Source: Actinomycetes bacterium
Lineage (GTDB): Bacteria > Actinomycetota > Humimicrobiia > Humimicrobiales > Humimicrobiaceae
Reading direction: 5' to 3'
NCBI GenBank assembly: GCA_022396035.1
Contig: JAIOXO010000003.1
Coordinates: 22,927-86,926, forward strand
DNA length: 64,000 bases
Shown piece by piece: positions 27,331 through 36,861 of this stretch. The notes below the pieces were generated by a model that was not told the DNA's origin, did no database searches, and was given only the letters and a program-made list of their open reading frames with translations. How positions within the stretch are numbered: position 1 is the first letter of the stretch; each line of letters begins with the position of its first letter. The translations under genes were made by a program, and so were the position numbers.

Positions 27331-29805
27331 TCAATTACAATCCTCAAGCGCCGGGGAAGCCTTTTCTACCATGTAGGGGTCAAACTGGGCACCTGCATTT
27401 TTTTTGATCTCCCCTACCGCCTGGCTGCTGCTTAATTTCCTGCGGTATTCCCGCCCGGACACCATGGCCGCATAGGCATCAGCAATGGCTATTATCCTGG
27501 CATAAAGGGGAATATCTTCCCTGGAAAGGCCCTGGGGATACCCAGTACCGTCCCAGCGTTCGTGATGGGAGAGTATTGCCTCAGAAAGATGGGATATCTG
27601 GGGAATAGCCTCTGCAATATTGTAGCCCACCTCCGGATATTTTTTCACTAATTTCCATTCCAGCTCCTCCAGGGGCCCCGGCTTGTTCAGCACCTGGTCA
27701 GGAATAGAAACCTTGCCCACCTGATAGGCACCAGCCAGCAGAGACAGATCCTCCAGCTGGCCTGCGGTAAGGCCCAGGGCTCTGCCTATGGTCAGGGCAG
27801 CTTTTTTTACCATCTGTATATGTTCCAGACTAACATACTTCTTTCTCAACAGTGCCTGTTCCATGGACATTATAACTTCTCCGCTCAATCTCTTTTTTTC
27901 CACCAGTTTATGATGATACATGCTGTCTTCTGCTTCTTCTATTACTTCCTGTATATCCTGGCTGTAATCACCCTTGGTACACCTTCCCAGGGATATGCTT
28001 ACCGGGACATCGGCTATGTTGTAACCGCCGGCGATATCCTTGATCCTGGCCACAACTTTAGCAGCAACTTCTTGAGGGGTACGGGGAAGCAGGATAGCAA
28101 ATTCATCCCCTCCCCATCTGGCTATTATATCTTCTTTTCTGCAGGCTTTCCTGAGGATATCTGCCGCTTTCTTCAGCAGCTGGTCTCCCTGCTGGTGCCC
28201 AAAGGCATCATTGATAAGCTTCAGGCTGTTTACATCCCCGATGATAATACTTAAAGGAAGCTGCCTTTTCCGGTCAAGCCTTTTCAGCTCCTCTTCAAAA
28301 TAAGTCCGGTTATAAAGCCCGGTCAGACTGTCATGAAATGATTTATACCTAAGTTTCAGTTCATATTCCTTTCGTACCGAAATATCCCTTACTACCCCTT
28401 CATAGTAAGTCGGTATTCCATCCTGCTCGATTACTTGACAGCTGATCTCCACCCATATCTTACTGCCGTCAGCTTTTTTTAACTGGGTTTCAAAAGGCTG
28501 CGTCCTCTGGGTGGGCATGGGCCTTTTGCTGCCATCCACATAAATATCTTTTTTAATATCCTTGGAAAGGAGCTCCTCCCGGCTGCTATAACCCAGCATG
28601 CTTGCCAGGGAAGGATTAACATCAACATATTTACCCTCCAGGGTGCTTACATAAATTCCGTCCCTTAAATTATCAAAAAGTCTCCTGTATCTTTTTTCAC
28701 TATCCGCCAGAGCCTTCTCTTTCTTTTTTAAACGGGTTATATCCACCATTACCCCTCTCACCCCTTCAGCCCTGTCCCTATTATAGGTAATAGGGGCAAT
28801 ATGGCCGGCTAAAGCAATATTTCCATGCTTGCCATGGGCAGTAAATTCCAAAAGTTTGGACTGCTGGCTGGGCTTTTTCAGAATTTCTAAAAAAGTAGAC
28901 TCTACCTGCGGACGGTCTTTTTCTGCTACCATATCCAGGGCATGAACCCCTGACTCAAGATCGGCCTGATTTAAACCTAAAATTTTCTTGGCTGCCTGGT
29001 TCAGAAAAGTTATTTTCCCCTGTCGGTCTGTTTCCAGGACAACATCCGGCAGCAGGCTGAGGGTCTGCTCATACCTCTGCCTGCTTCTTTTTAGACTCTC
29101 TTCTTCTTCTATTCTTTCCGAAATATCTATAGAGATTCCCCCCAGCAAATCCCGGCCTGCCTCTTTCAGGGGGAATTTAAAGCTTAGAAAGATTTGATTG
29201 TCTCCAACAGTCTCCTGAAAAGAATGGAGTTTTTTCCGGGCCATAACCTGGCGATCATTTTCCCCCAGCATCCTGGCCACCGGTTCAGGCCATAGCTGAC
29301 TGTTCTTCTTTCCCAGAATCTGGCCGCGTTCAAGCCCCAGTAATCTGCATAATGAATCATTGGCATAAACAAACCTGCCATCCCGGTCCTTTATATAGGC
29401 TACATGGGGCAGGCTGTCAGCAAAGGCAGCACCCAGCCCCTGGAGTTGTTCCTGCTCTCCTGATGCCGGCTTTCCTACTACCAGGGTTACTTTACCCTGT
29501 TCCAAACCAGACAAGTCCAGGATATTCCATATCAGGCGGACCGGCTGCCCCCTGCGGTCAGTTATACTAACCTCCATGCTGCCGCCGGCTTCCCTGCCTG
29601 GGCTGCTGACTGCCCCTCTTATCTGCTGCCGGTATTCCCCATCAGGAAACAGCAGCTGCCACACCCGGTCGTTTCCATGCAGCTTTTTATGGCTGTATCC
29701 GCTTATCTTCTCTGCTTCCTCACTCCAGAACATTACCTGGCCCCTGTCATTAAAAAGGCTAACCCAGATACCGGTATCACTATATTTTTTATGGTCTTTT
29801 TCCAT
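27331..29805 (-). CDS. Multidomain c-di-GMP signalling protein: PAS x3 - GGDEF - HD-GYP
   Basis: 824 aa. RWGGDEF cyclase motif. C-terminal HD-GYP motif HHERWDGTGYP. Confidence 0.85.
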   Translation of the reverse strand: MEKDHKKYSDTGIWVSLFNDRGQVMFWSEEAEKISGYSHKKLHGNDRVWQLLFPDGEYRQQIRGAVSSPGREAGGSMEVSITDRRGQPVRLIWNILDLSGLEQGKVTLVVGKPASGEQEQLQGLGAAFADSLPHVAYIKDRDGRFVYANDSLCRLLGLERGQILGKKNSQLWPEPVARMLGENDRQVMARKKLHSFQETVGDNQIFLSFKFPLKEAGRDLLGGISIDISERIEEEESLKRSRQRYEQTLSLLPDVVLETDRQGKITFLNQAAKKILGLNQADLESGVHALDMVAEKDRPQVESTFLEILKKPSQQSKLLEFTAHGKHGNIALAGHIAPITYNRDRAEGVRGVMVDITRLKKKEKALADSEKRYRRLFDNLRDGIYVSTLEGKYVDVNPSLASMLGYSSREELLSKDIKKDIYVDGSKRPMPTQRTQPFETQLKKADGSKIWVEISCQVIEQDGIPTYYEGVVRDISVRKEYELKLRYKSFHDSLTGLYNRTYFEEELKRLDRKRQLPLSIIIGDVNSLKLINDAFGHQQGDQLLKKAADILRKACRKEDIIARWGGDEFAILLPRTPQEVAAKVVARIKDIAGGYNIADVPVSISLGRCTKGDYSQDIQEVIEEAEDSMYHHKLVEKKRLSGEVIMSMEQALLRKKYVSLEHIQMVKKAALTIGRALGLTAGQLEDLSLLAGAYQVGKVSIPDQVLNKPGPLEELEWKLVKKYPEVGYNIAEAIPQISHLSEAILSHHERWDGTGYPQGLSREDIPLYARIIAIADAYAAMVSGREYRRKLSSSQAVGEIKKNAGAQFDPYMVEKASPALEDCN

Positions 29806-29904
29806 AGTGGTGATTGTAACACATATTATTAAAATATTTGATTTTATGGTTGCTTTGATTATAAAATCTACTCAAATAATTAATTAATAAATTAGAAGGA
29901 ACGT

Positions 29905-32169
29905 ATTTTTAAAAGGCAAACTTATTTCTACCTTATATTTACACCTTTTTTACTCCTGTTTATACTTTCAGCCTGCATAAAAACGCCCCCGCCCCAGCAA
30001 CAGGACCAGCTGCCGCAGCAAGAGCCGGCAGAGGCAGAAAAACCGGTAGAAAGCCAGCAGCCGGACCCGGTGATAGAAGACGAAGAAAACAGCCAGGATG
30101 AATTTTTACCCAAAGACCTTTACCACAACCTGGAAATTGAAACCCAGCGGGACTTCTTCTTAAAAGCAGTAGAACATTTCCATAAGCAGCAGTACATACA
30201 GGCCCAGTTTTATTTAGACAAAATCAAGGACCAGTACCTGGTGCTTCAGGACCATACATATTACTATCTGGCCAAATCCCTGTTGATGCAGCAAAAATAT
30301 TTTTTATCCCAAAAATATTATTCAGACCTTATGGAGCTGCATCCTGGAAGTATCTGGATCGAAAAGGCAGCTCTGGAATATGCAGACCTGTTTTTTATAC
30401 AGCAGGACTACCCCCGGGCAGAGACCCTGTATCAGCAATTCTTAACCCAGCATCCTGATTCAACCTATTCTCCTTACGGGCAGTTCCAGCTGGCATTATG
30501 CCAGCAGAATAACCAGAAACTGGAACAAGCTTACCAGAATTACAAACAGGTATGGCTGAATTATCCCACCAATGAATATGCTGAAACCGCCCTGGACTTT
30601 CTGTACAAACTTATAGAAGAAAACGGCCTGCAGCCCTTTGTAGCCACCCCCGAGCAGTTATATCAGCGGGCCGAAATATTTTTTCAAAACTATAACTACT
30701 ACAGCGCCCTGGAACAGCTTAACCTTATACTGGAGCAGCCACAGCTCTCTACCCAGCTTAAAGCCCAGGCTCTGTTCAGGGCGGGAATGTGTTATTACAA
30801 CCTCAGGGACTATGCCCAGGCCGAACAATACCTGCTCCAATGCTACCAGAGCGCTGCCGACCACCAGCTGGCCGACGACAGCCTGTACTTTTTGGGCCGG
30901 GCAGCAACCAACCTTGGAGACAACCAGAAGGCCATTAACTATTACCAGGACCTGGTTAGCCGGTATCCCCAAAGCAATTTTAGCGATGATGCCCTTTACC
31001 GCATTGGAAGAATATACTTTTTTGACGACCAGATGGAAGCAGCCATAGAAAACTTCAACCTGGTGCTGGAAAAATATCCCAGTGGTGACCGTCTTTCCGA
31101 AGTACTGTGGGAACTGGGATGGATTCACTACAGCAGCCATAATTACCAGCCGGCCCAGGATATATTTGCCAATATGGCTTCCTCTTTTAAGGGCAGCGAA
31201 CTGGAAGAAAAAGGCCTGTTCTGGCAGGCCAAATGCCTGCAAAAATCAGGCCAGCAGCAGCAGGCAGTGGAACTATACAAGCAGATAGTGGGCATTAATT
31301 CCTATTCCTATTACACCTTTGTAGCCAGAGAAATACTGGAACAGATGGATATCTACCTGTATATACCTCCCATTGACAGCTCCGCCAATCCGCTTAACCC
31401 AAACATTGAACAGGTGGTACCCTCGGTCTATGAAGTCTTAAATGACGATGTCTCGGCTATTGAAAACCCGCTGCATATAAGAAAGGCTTTAGAGCTGTTA
31501 AAAATAGATTTACTTCAGAGCGCTACCCTGGAAATAACTGCCGGACAGCAGGAGATAGATGATGATCCGGTACAGCTGCTTATACTGTCCACCCTCTACC
31601 ACCAATCGCAGGATTATACCGACAGCATAAGCATCTTATCCCGCAATACCAGCAGCCTGAGGTATGGCCTGGAAGACAGCTACAAGGATTTTTATTACTA
31701 TCTCTTGTACCCCTATGCCTTCCAGCAAATGGTAAACAACTATTCTGGCCATTATGGAATAGATCCATTGTTCGTGCTGGCAGTAATGAGGCAGGAAAGC
31801 AGATTCCAGCCTGATGCGGGATCCTATGCGGGAGCAAGGGGCCTGATGCAGATTATGCCCGCTACCGGAAGGGGAATAGCCCAGGACCTGGGAGTACAGG
31901 AATTTGATACAGACCAACTGTTTGATCCGGAAGTAAGTATCAACATGGGAGCCTATTACTTAAAACAGCAGCTTAACGGCTTTGGTGGAAACAAATTCTA
32001 TGCCTCCGGTGCCTATAACGGAGGACCGGGAGCAATGGCCAGCTGGGTTAACCGCTGGGGGGATAAGGACCTATATGAATTTGTGGAAAATATTCCCTAT
32101 GATGAAACCAGGGATTATGTAAAGAAAGTAATGGGCAACTATTACATGTACCGCCTGCTGTACGATTAA
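29905..32169 (+). CDS. TPR-repeat lytic murein transglycosylase (SLT domain), probable lipoprotein. The start is uncertain.
   Basis: C-terminal SLT motif MRQESRFQPDAGSYAGARGLMQIMP. The ORF-track start at GTG 30070 lacks an SD and a signal peptide. The in-frame upstream region encodes signal peptide plus lipobox FKRQTYFYLIFTPFLLLFILSAC, but has no ATG/GTG/TTG. The ATT at 29905 is preceded by SD GAAGGA. Confidence 0.7.
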   Translation: MFKRQTYFYLIFTPFLLLFILSACIKTPPPQQQDQLPQQEPAEAEKPVESQQPDPVIEDEENSQDEFLPKDLYHNLEIETQRDFFLKAVEHFHKQQYIQAQFYLDKIKDQYLVLQDHTYYYLAKSLLMQQKYFLSQKYYSDLMELHPGSIWIEKAALEYADLFFIQQDYPRAETLYQQFLTQHPDSTYSPYGQFQLALCQQNNQKLEQAYQNYKQVWLNYPTNEYAETALDFLYKLIEENGLQPFVATPEQLYQRAEIFFQNYNYYSALEQLNLILEQPQLSTQLKAQALFRAGMCYYNLRDYAQAEQYLLQCYQSAADHQLADDSLYFLGRAATNLGDNQKAINYYQDLVSRYPQSNFSDDALYRIGRIYFFDDQMEAAIENFNLVLEKYPSGDRLSEVLWELGWIHYSSHNYQPAQDIFANMASSFKGSELEEKGLFWQAKCLQKSGQQQQAVELYKQIVGINSYSYYTFVAREILEQMDIYLYIPPIDSSANPLNPNIEQVVPSVYEVLNDDVSAIENPLHIRKALELLKIDLLQSATLEITAGQQEIDDDPVQLLILSTLYHQSQDYTDSISILSRNTSSLRYGLEDSYKDFYYYLLYPYAFQQMVNNYSGHYGIDPLFVLAVMRQESRFQPDAGSYAGARGLMQIMPATGRGIAQDLGVQEFDTDQLFDPEVSINMGAYYLKQQLNGFGGNKFYASGAYNGGPGAMASWVNRWGDKDLYEFVENIPYDETRDYVKKVMGNYYMYRLLYD

Positions 32170-33116
32170 AACAGTTTTAGAAGCAGCAGCCAGCCGGATA
32201 TGGTTACCGAAGACAGTATGGTAGTAATTATCAGGGAAGAAGAAACCATATCATAATCAGAATGATACTGCTTGGCCATAACATAGGCGATAACTGCCAG
32301 GGGCATTGAAAACTGCACTACTATGATGTTCCTGTCCACCGGTGCCAGCTTAAACACCACCATGGCAAAAAACAGAGCTATGGCCGGCATGATTATCAGC
32401 TTGGCCAGACTCACAAATGCCAGGGCCCTGATATTGCTTTTGATATGAAAAAACCTGAAAGAAGCCCCTATGGCCAGCAAAGCAATACCTATGGACATGG
32501 AGGAAAGTATGTCCAGGACACTGTTTACCGGCGCAGGGATATTTATACCGATAGAGGAAATCAAAATGCCTGCTGCCGCTGACAGAATCAGGGGATCTAA
32601 AAGCAGGTCCACAATAAGTTTCTTTACCTTTATCCTTTCCTCTCCCCGATTAAAAAGTTTAAATATCAGTACGCTGGTAATTATGTTTATGGGGGTTAAA
32701 AACACCACTATAAGGCTGGCTTTGGCCAGGGCCAGGTTGCCATAAGCAGAAATAATGATGGGAAAACCGATAAAAGCCATATTGCAGCGGTAAGAAGAAA
32801 CCATAAGGGCGCCCTTGGTCTTCCTGGGGGCTTTTATAAAGCTGGCCACCGCCATTATAACCAGCAGGAAAGCAAAATAAGCACTGTATATGGTAACAAT
32901 TATCCTGAAATTAAAAATCTCCGAAAGATTATACTTTATGATACTGATAATTATCAGCGCCGGCAGGCCCACATTATAGGCCAGGCGGTTCAGTCCACTT
33001 ACTGCCGTGTCTCCGATAATCTTTTTGCGCCTCAGAAAAAAGCCTATAAGTATTACCACAAATATGGGAACCGTAATACTCAGTACTTCCAGCACCAGGC
33101 CTACAATATTCTTCAT
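32166..33116 (-). CDS. AEC (auxin efflux carrier) family membrane transporter
   Basis: 316 aa. About 10 predicted TM helices. Typical AEC two-repeat layout. Confidence 0.7.
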   Translation of the reverse strand: MKNIVGLVLEVLSITVPIFVVILIGFFLRRKKIIGDTAVSGLNRLAYNVGLPALIIISIIKYNLSEIFNFRIIVTIYSAYFAFLLVIMAVASFIKAPRKTKGALMVSSYRCNMAFIGFPIIISAYGNLALAKASLIVVFLTPINIITSVLIFKLFNRGEERIKVKKLIVDLLLDPLILSAAAGILISSIGINIPAPVNSVLDILSSMSIGIALLAIGASFRFFHIKSNIRALAFVSLAKLIIMPAIALFFAMVVFKLAPVDRNIIVVQFSMPLAVIAYVMAKQYHSDYDMVSSSLIITTILSSVTISGWLLLLKLF

Positions 33117-34078
33117 GATTTAAAATAATCCAATACTTTTAACAAATTTTGCTTTCTCTCCTCGCCCCCTATATAAGTGACTGCCCTTCTGGCTTCCCTT
33201 ATATAGTTTTCAAATTTAGCTCTGGCGATATCCGCAGCCCGGGTACTATCTATCATCTTTAGTATCTTCTCTATATTCTGTTCAGTTAAGGGCTTATTTT
33301 CAAGAATCTGTGAAGCTGTTTTTTTAAATTCCTTATTCTTTAAAGCATAAATTACCGGCAGGGTAAGATTTCCCTGCCGCAGATCATTTCCAACTGGTTT
33401 GCCGATATCCTGGCTCTCCCCGATATCAATATCCAGTAAATCATCATTTATCTGAAAAGCAATGCCTAAAAGTTTGCCAAATCTTGCCAGTCCTTTAATC
33501 TCCCTGGGTCCAGAATTAGACAGCAGGCCCCCCAGCACACAGCTGACCTTAAACAAAGAAGAAGTTTTTTCATTTATCATTTGAAAGTAATACTTCTCCC
33601 CCTGATCCAGATTCTTATTCTTCTTAAGCTGGTCAAATTCCCCCCTCACCAGGTGCTCGGCTGCCAAGCACATATGCTTTAAGATTTCCGGCCGGTTATA
33701 AGTGTTTAGCAAAGAAAAAGTGTGGGTAAACAGATAATTACCCACATACTTGGCAGTATCATTGTTATACAGGCTCTGTATGGTCTGTTTTCCCCTCCTG
33801 AGGGCAGAACGGTCAATTATATCATCATGTATCAGCGATGCGGTATGGATGATTTCTATAGAAGCAGCGGCCGGAAGAAGGTATTCCAGATTGTAATTGC
33901 TGTTTTTGGCACATATCAGAAACAGGGCCGGCCTTATTCTTTTACCCCCGGCAAGCAGGGTATTGGTAACCCCCTGTTTCAGTACCCCGTCCAGCCCCTG
34001 GGTAAAATCATGCAGGTATTGCTCTAGCTGCTGGAGTCCATGGGCTAAAAATCCGGATACCTTGAATTTGCTTAACAT
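33113..34078 (-). CDS. Long-chain polyprenyl diphosphate synthase (HepT/IspB-like)
   Basis: 321 aa. First and second Asp-rich motifs LIHDDIIDRS and FQINDDLLD. Confidence 0.85.
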   Translation of the reverse strand: MLSKFKVSGFLAHGLQQLEQYLHDFTQGLDGVLKQGVTNTLLAGGKRIRPALFLICAKNSNYNLEYLLPAAASIEIIHTASLIHDDIIDRSALRRGKQTIQSLYNNDTAKYVGNYLFTHTFSLLNTYNRPEILKHMCLAAEHLVRGEFDQLKKNKNLDQGEKYYFQMINEKTSSLFKVSCVLGGLLSNSGPREIKGLARFGKLLGIAFQINDDLLDIDIGESQDIGKPVGNDLRQGNLTLPVIYALKNKEFKKTASQILENKPLTEQNIEKILKMIDSTRAADIARAKFENYIREARRAVTYIGGEERKQNLLKVLDYFKS

Positions 34079-34088
34079 AATCTATTAC

Positions 34089-35807
34089 CTATTTTTTAAA
34101 TAATGCCCGTTTTATTATTCTAAACCAATTAAAGCTGCGGTTAAACAACGGAAATTCCAGCTCTTTTTTTTCACATACCGTGGACATGCTGTATTTATCG
34201 GTTTCCTGCTTCAGTCTTTGAAGAAGCTGTTGCTGTTTGAGCTTATCCTCTATACCCATGGCATAATCAATTTTCTTCATGGTTTCGGTAGCCTGCATTA
34301 TCCGGTTCTGGTTATCCTCCATTACCTGCCGGCTAATAGAGCCGGCCCTGCCCTTGAGCCGGTTCAACCCCAGGGCAGCCTCATAGGTAGACTGTACCAG
34401 AAGGTCCCTGCTGATGTATTTGCTTTCATAATTTAAAATATATTTCCAGGAAGGCTGGGTTATAGCCTCTATATGCTGGGCCAGTGTCTTTCTGGTAAGC
34501 CGGTATCCAAATTTTTCAGGTTGCTCAAAGGTCCTGCTTCCCGGATCCATAAACGGAGCCATGGGTGAAATAAAGGGCATAAATCTGCTGTCCCAGCCCA
34601 GCCGGTCATAGATATCCTCACAGAAACCAACCGTGTCCAGTATGGACTGGCGATCCTGCCCGGCAATCCCGGTCATAAAATAAAGGTCAAACCTTACTGC
34701 TCCCCTGTCCAGGGCATAGCTTATGGATTCTATAAGCTGTTCATTGGAAAAATGCGGCTTACCCATTTTTTCCCTTATAGATGGGTCATGGCTGTCAGGA
34801 CTTATCTCGTACAGGACATTTTTAAAAATCTTATGGACCTGGTCAAAAAACTCCCTGCGGGGAGGCTGGAAAAATTCAAAGAAGACCTGTAAATCCCGGG
34901 GAAGGCTGCGGGCATGTCTGAAAAATTCCTGAACATAGTCCGGTCCGTTCTGATTTATATCCCCCAATATAAAAACAGGGGCATTAATATATTTGCCTAT
35001 GTTTTTTATCTCTGCCACCAGCCTTTCAGGAGACCTGAAAGCAGGACGGCTGCGTTCTGCAAAAACCCTGAAGGCGCTGGCCGAACCCCCGCAACCGGAA
35101 CAATCCATATAGCAGCCCCTGACTACAGGAATGGTAGTTATGGGATAGCGGAGCCAGTCAGAAAAGGGCATAAGGCTTTTAAAATCCAGGTACCTTAAAG
35201 CCATATCAAACATAATACTGTAATCAAAATCTATCTCTTCTAAATCCGGGGATATGCAGGTCAAAGGATTTGCCTCTACCCGTCCATCTTTCTTGTAAAC
35301 CAGATTGGGTATATGGCCGAGCCCGGAATAATCCCCGCTTTTTATGGTTTGCATTAATGTGGCCAGAGGAATTTCGGTAGAATCACCCCTCAGCACATAA
35401 TCCACCTGGTTAAAATTTATCAGTTCCCGGTGATAGTAAGAGGCTGAAAATCCACCGAATATAACCGGGGCATCAGGGTGGTATTTTTTAATCAGTTTGG
35501 CCACTTCCAGTGAACCCTGGGCATGAGCAAGCCAGTGAAGGTCCAGGCCAAAAGCATTCGCTTTTAACCTGCTTATAAATTTCTCCGCATCAAAACCGGG
35601 AGCTTCCTGCATCCGGTAAGCCAGGTTTACAATCCTAACCCTTATACCTTTCCGGCTCAAATAATTGGCCATGGTTAAAAATCCAATGGGGTACATCTCA
35701 AAAATAGGGGTGCTGGGCACTAGATCACTCATGGGCCCATACATTATGGTTTTCTTTCTAAAATCATACACGCTGGGTGCATGAACCAAAACTAAATCCG
35801 CCTTCAT
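34089..35807 (-). CDS. B12-binding domain / radical SAM domain protein (class-B rSAM)
   Basis: 572 aa. N-terminal Rossmann-like cobalamin-binding region. CxxxCxxC cluster motif VVRGCYMDCSGCGG. Confidence 0.8.
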   Translation of the reverse strand: MKADLVLVHAPSVYDFRKKTIMYGPMSDLVPSTPIFEMYPIGFLTMANYLSRKGIRVRIVNLAYRMQEAPGFDAEKFISRLKANAFGLDLHWLAHAQGSLEVAKLIKKYHPDAPVIFGGFSASYYHRELINFNQVDYVLRGDSTEIPLATLMQTIKSGDYSGLGHIPNLVYKKDGRVEANPLTCISPDLEEIDFDYSIMFDMALRYLDFKSLMPFSDWLRYPITTIPVVRGCYMDCSGCGGSASAFRVFAERSRPAFRSPERLVAEIKNIGKYINAPVFILGDINQNGPDYVQEFFRHARSLPRDLQVFFEFFQPPRREFFDQVHKIFKNVLYEISPDSHDPSIREKMGKPHFSNEQLIESISYALDRGAVRFDLYFMTGIAGQDRQSILDTVGFCEDIYDRLGWDSRFMPFISPMAPFMDPGSRTFEQPEKFGYRLTRKTLAQHIEAITQPSWKYILNYESKYISRDLLVQSTYEAALGLNRLKGRAGSISRQVMEDNQNRIMQATETMKKIDYAMGIEDKLKQQQLLQRLKQETDKYSMSTVCEKKELEFPLFNRSFNWFRIIKRALFKK

Positions 35808-36602
35808 CTAAATCCTGTCCCATAACCGGTTGACCTGGCCTGCCAGCCGGCGCTGCAGCCAGTCTACTTTTAACTGTGCTATGATATCATCTAATTGGTT
35901 TTTAATAAAATTCTTTTTGTCTTCCAGCGCCTCCATCTTCATAAAACCAGTGGCTTTTAGAAGTTCTTCCAGCTCCCGGCAACTCTTAAGCAGGGTGATA
36001 TGGTTTACAAAACGGTAAATATAACTTATATCTCCGGCCAGGTCCCTGGGCCAGGGAGGAGGGAAAATACTGTAACCAATTAAAAAGCTATTCTTAAACA
36101 GTGAATTAATGCTTAGCATAGCCCCCACCCTTTCTTCCAGAATGCTTTCTATGGAAATCTTTTTTTCTTTCAGTTTCAGTAAATCGGCGTAAAGAGAAAG
36201 CCGGGCCTTATGGATTGATTTTAAAGAATTGATTACTTCATCAAAGATAAGCATATCCTCAAATTTTACCAGGTAGTTTACCGCCCGGGAATAAAGCACA
36301 TCCCCAAATAACAAATTCAGGGTATAGCGGTCCTGGTCCTGGTCCAGTATTTTTTTACTGCCCCCCCACATATCAAAATTATGGAAACCGCAGCCCAGCC
36401 CCAATAGTTCAATTCCTGCCGCCAGATTCAAAATCTTCCATTCCCGGGAACCCTTCTTTCCAGTTAGATTGCCCCTGTATAAAAAAAGAAGCCCGGATGC
36501 GTATAATAATCGGCTATCATAATAGGGCTTAAGGTCAAAGGGGTAAAGCGTGGCTATATAGTCCAGCTCTTTTTCCACTATAGCCCTAATTTTCTTAACC
36601 AC
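35808..36602 (-). CDS. Polyprenyl-synthase-like protein lacking DDxxD motifs (possible non-catalytic partner, HepS-like). GTG start.
   Basis: 264 aa. Region AAGIELLGLGCGFHNFDM resembles the first-motif region of trans-prenyltransferases but without the Asp-rich motif. Confidence 0.4.
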   Translation of the reverse strand: MVKKIRAIVEKELDYIATLYPFDLKPYYDSRLLYASGLLFLYRGNLTGKKGSREWKILNLAAGIELLGLGCGFHNFDMWGGSKKILDQDQDRYTLNLLFGDVLYSRAVNYLVKFEDMLIFDEVINSLKSIHKARLSLYADLLKLKEKKISIESILEERVGAMLSINSLFKNSFLIGYSIFPPPWPRDLAGDISYIYRFVNHITLLKSCRELEELLKATGFMKMEALEDKKNFIKNQLDDIIAQLKVDWLQRRLAGQVNRLWDRI

Positions 36603-36705
36603 CTGGTTTTTATTTAACTGACTGATATTTCTTCCTTCTGTCTAAAATCCTCTGGTTTTTCCCTCTGGGCCTGCTTATAGGCCCTGACTCCTCTGCTATG
36701 GCTTC

Positions 36706-36718
36706 ACTTCCGGGAAGT
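36706..36718. promoter_or_regulatory. Perfect 6-1-6 palindrome ACTTCCgGGAAGT in the leader of the hepS-like/rSAM/hepT cluster, immediately downstream of padR
   Basis: Seen directly in the sequence. Candidate operator, for example for the adjacent PadR regulator. Confidence 0.25.
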
Positions 36719-36861
36719 AGCTTGCTGCCGGTGTCCACTATTTATCCTCTGGTATAAAAAATATCTACAATTCTATATTAGGTTAGGTAATATAGTATAA
36801 AGGAGTGTTAAAAAAAGCAAAATTTAATTAAACTATCAAGCAATTATTATATCAGGCTAAA

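Noticed and set aside
36781-36861. AT-rich palindromes (TTTAATTAAA, followed by a T7 run) just downstream of padR, considered as a terminator
   Set aside because: The stem would be AU-only and thermodynamically weak. It is more likely AT-rich promoter DNA for the downstream cluster, so it is not called.
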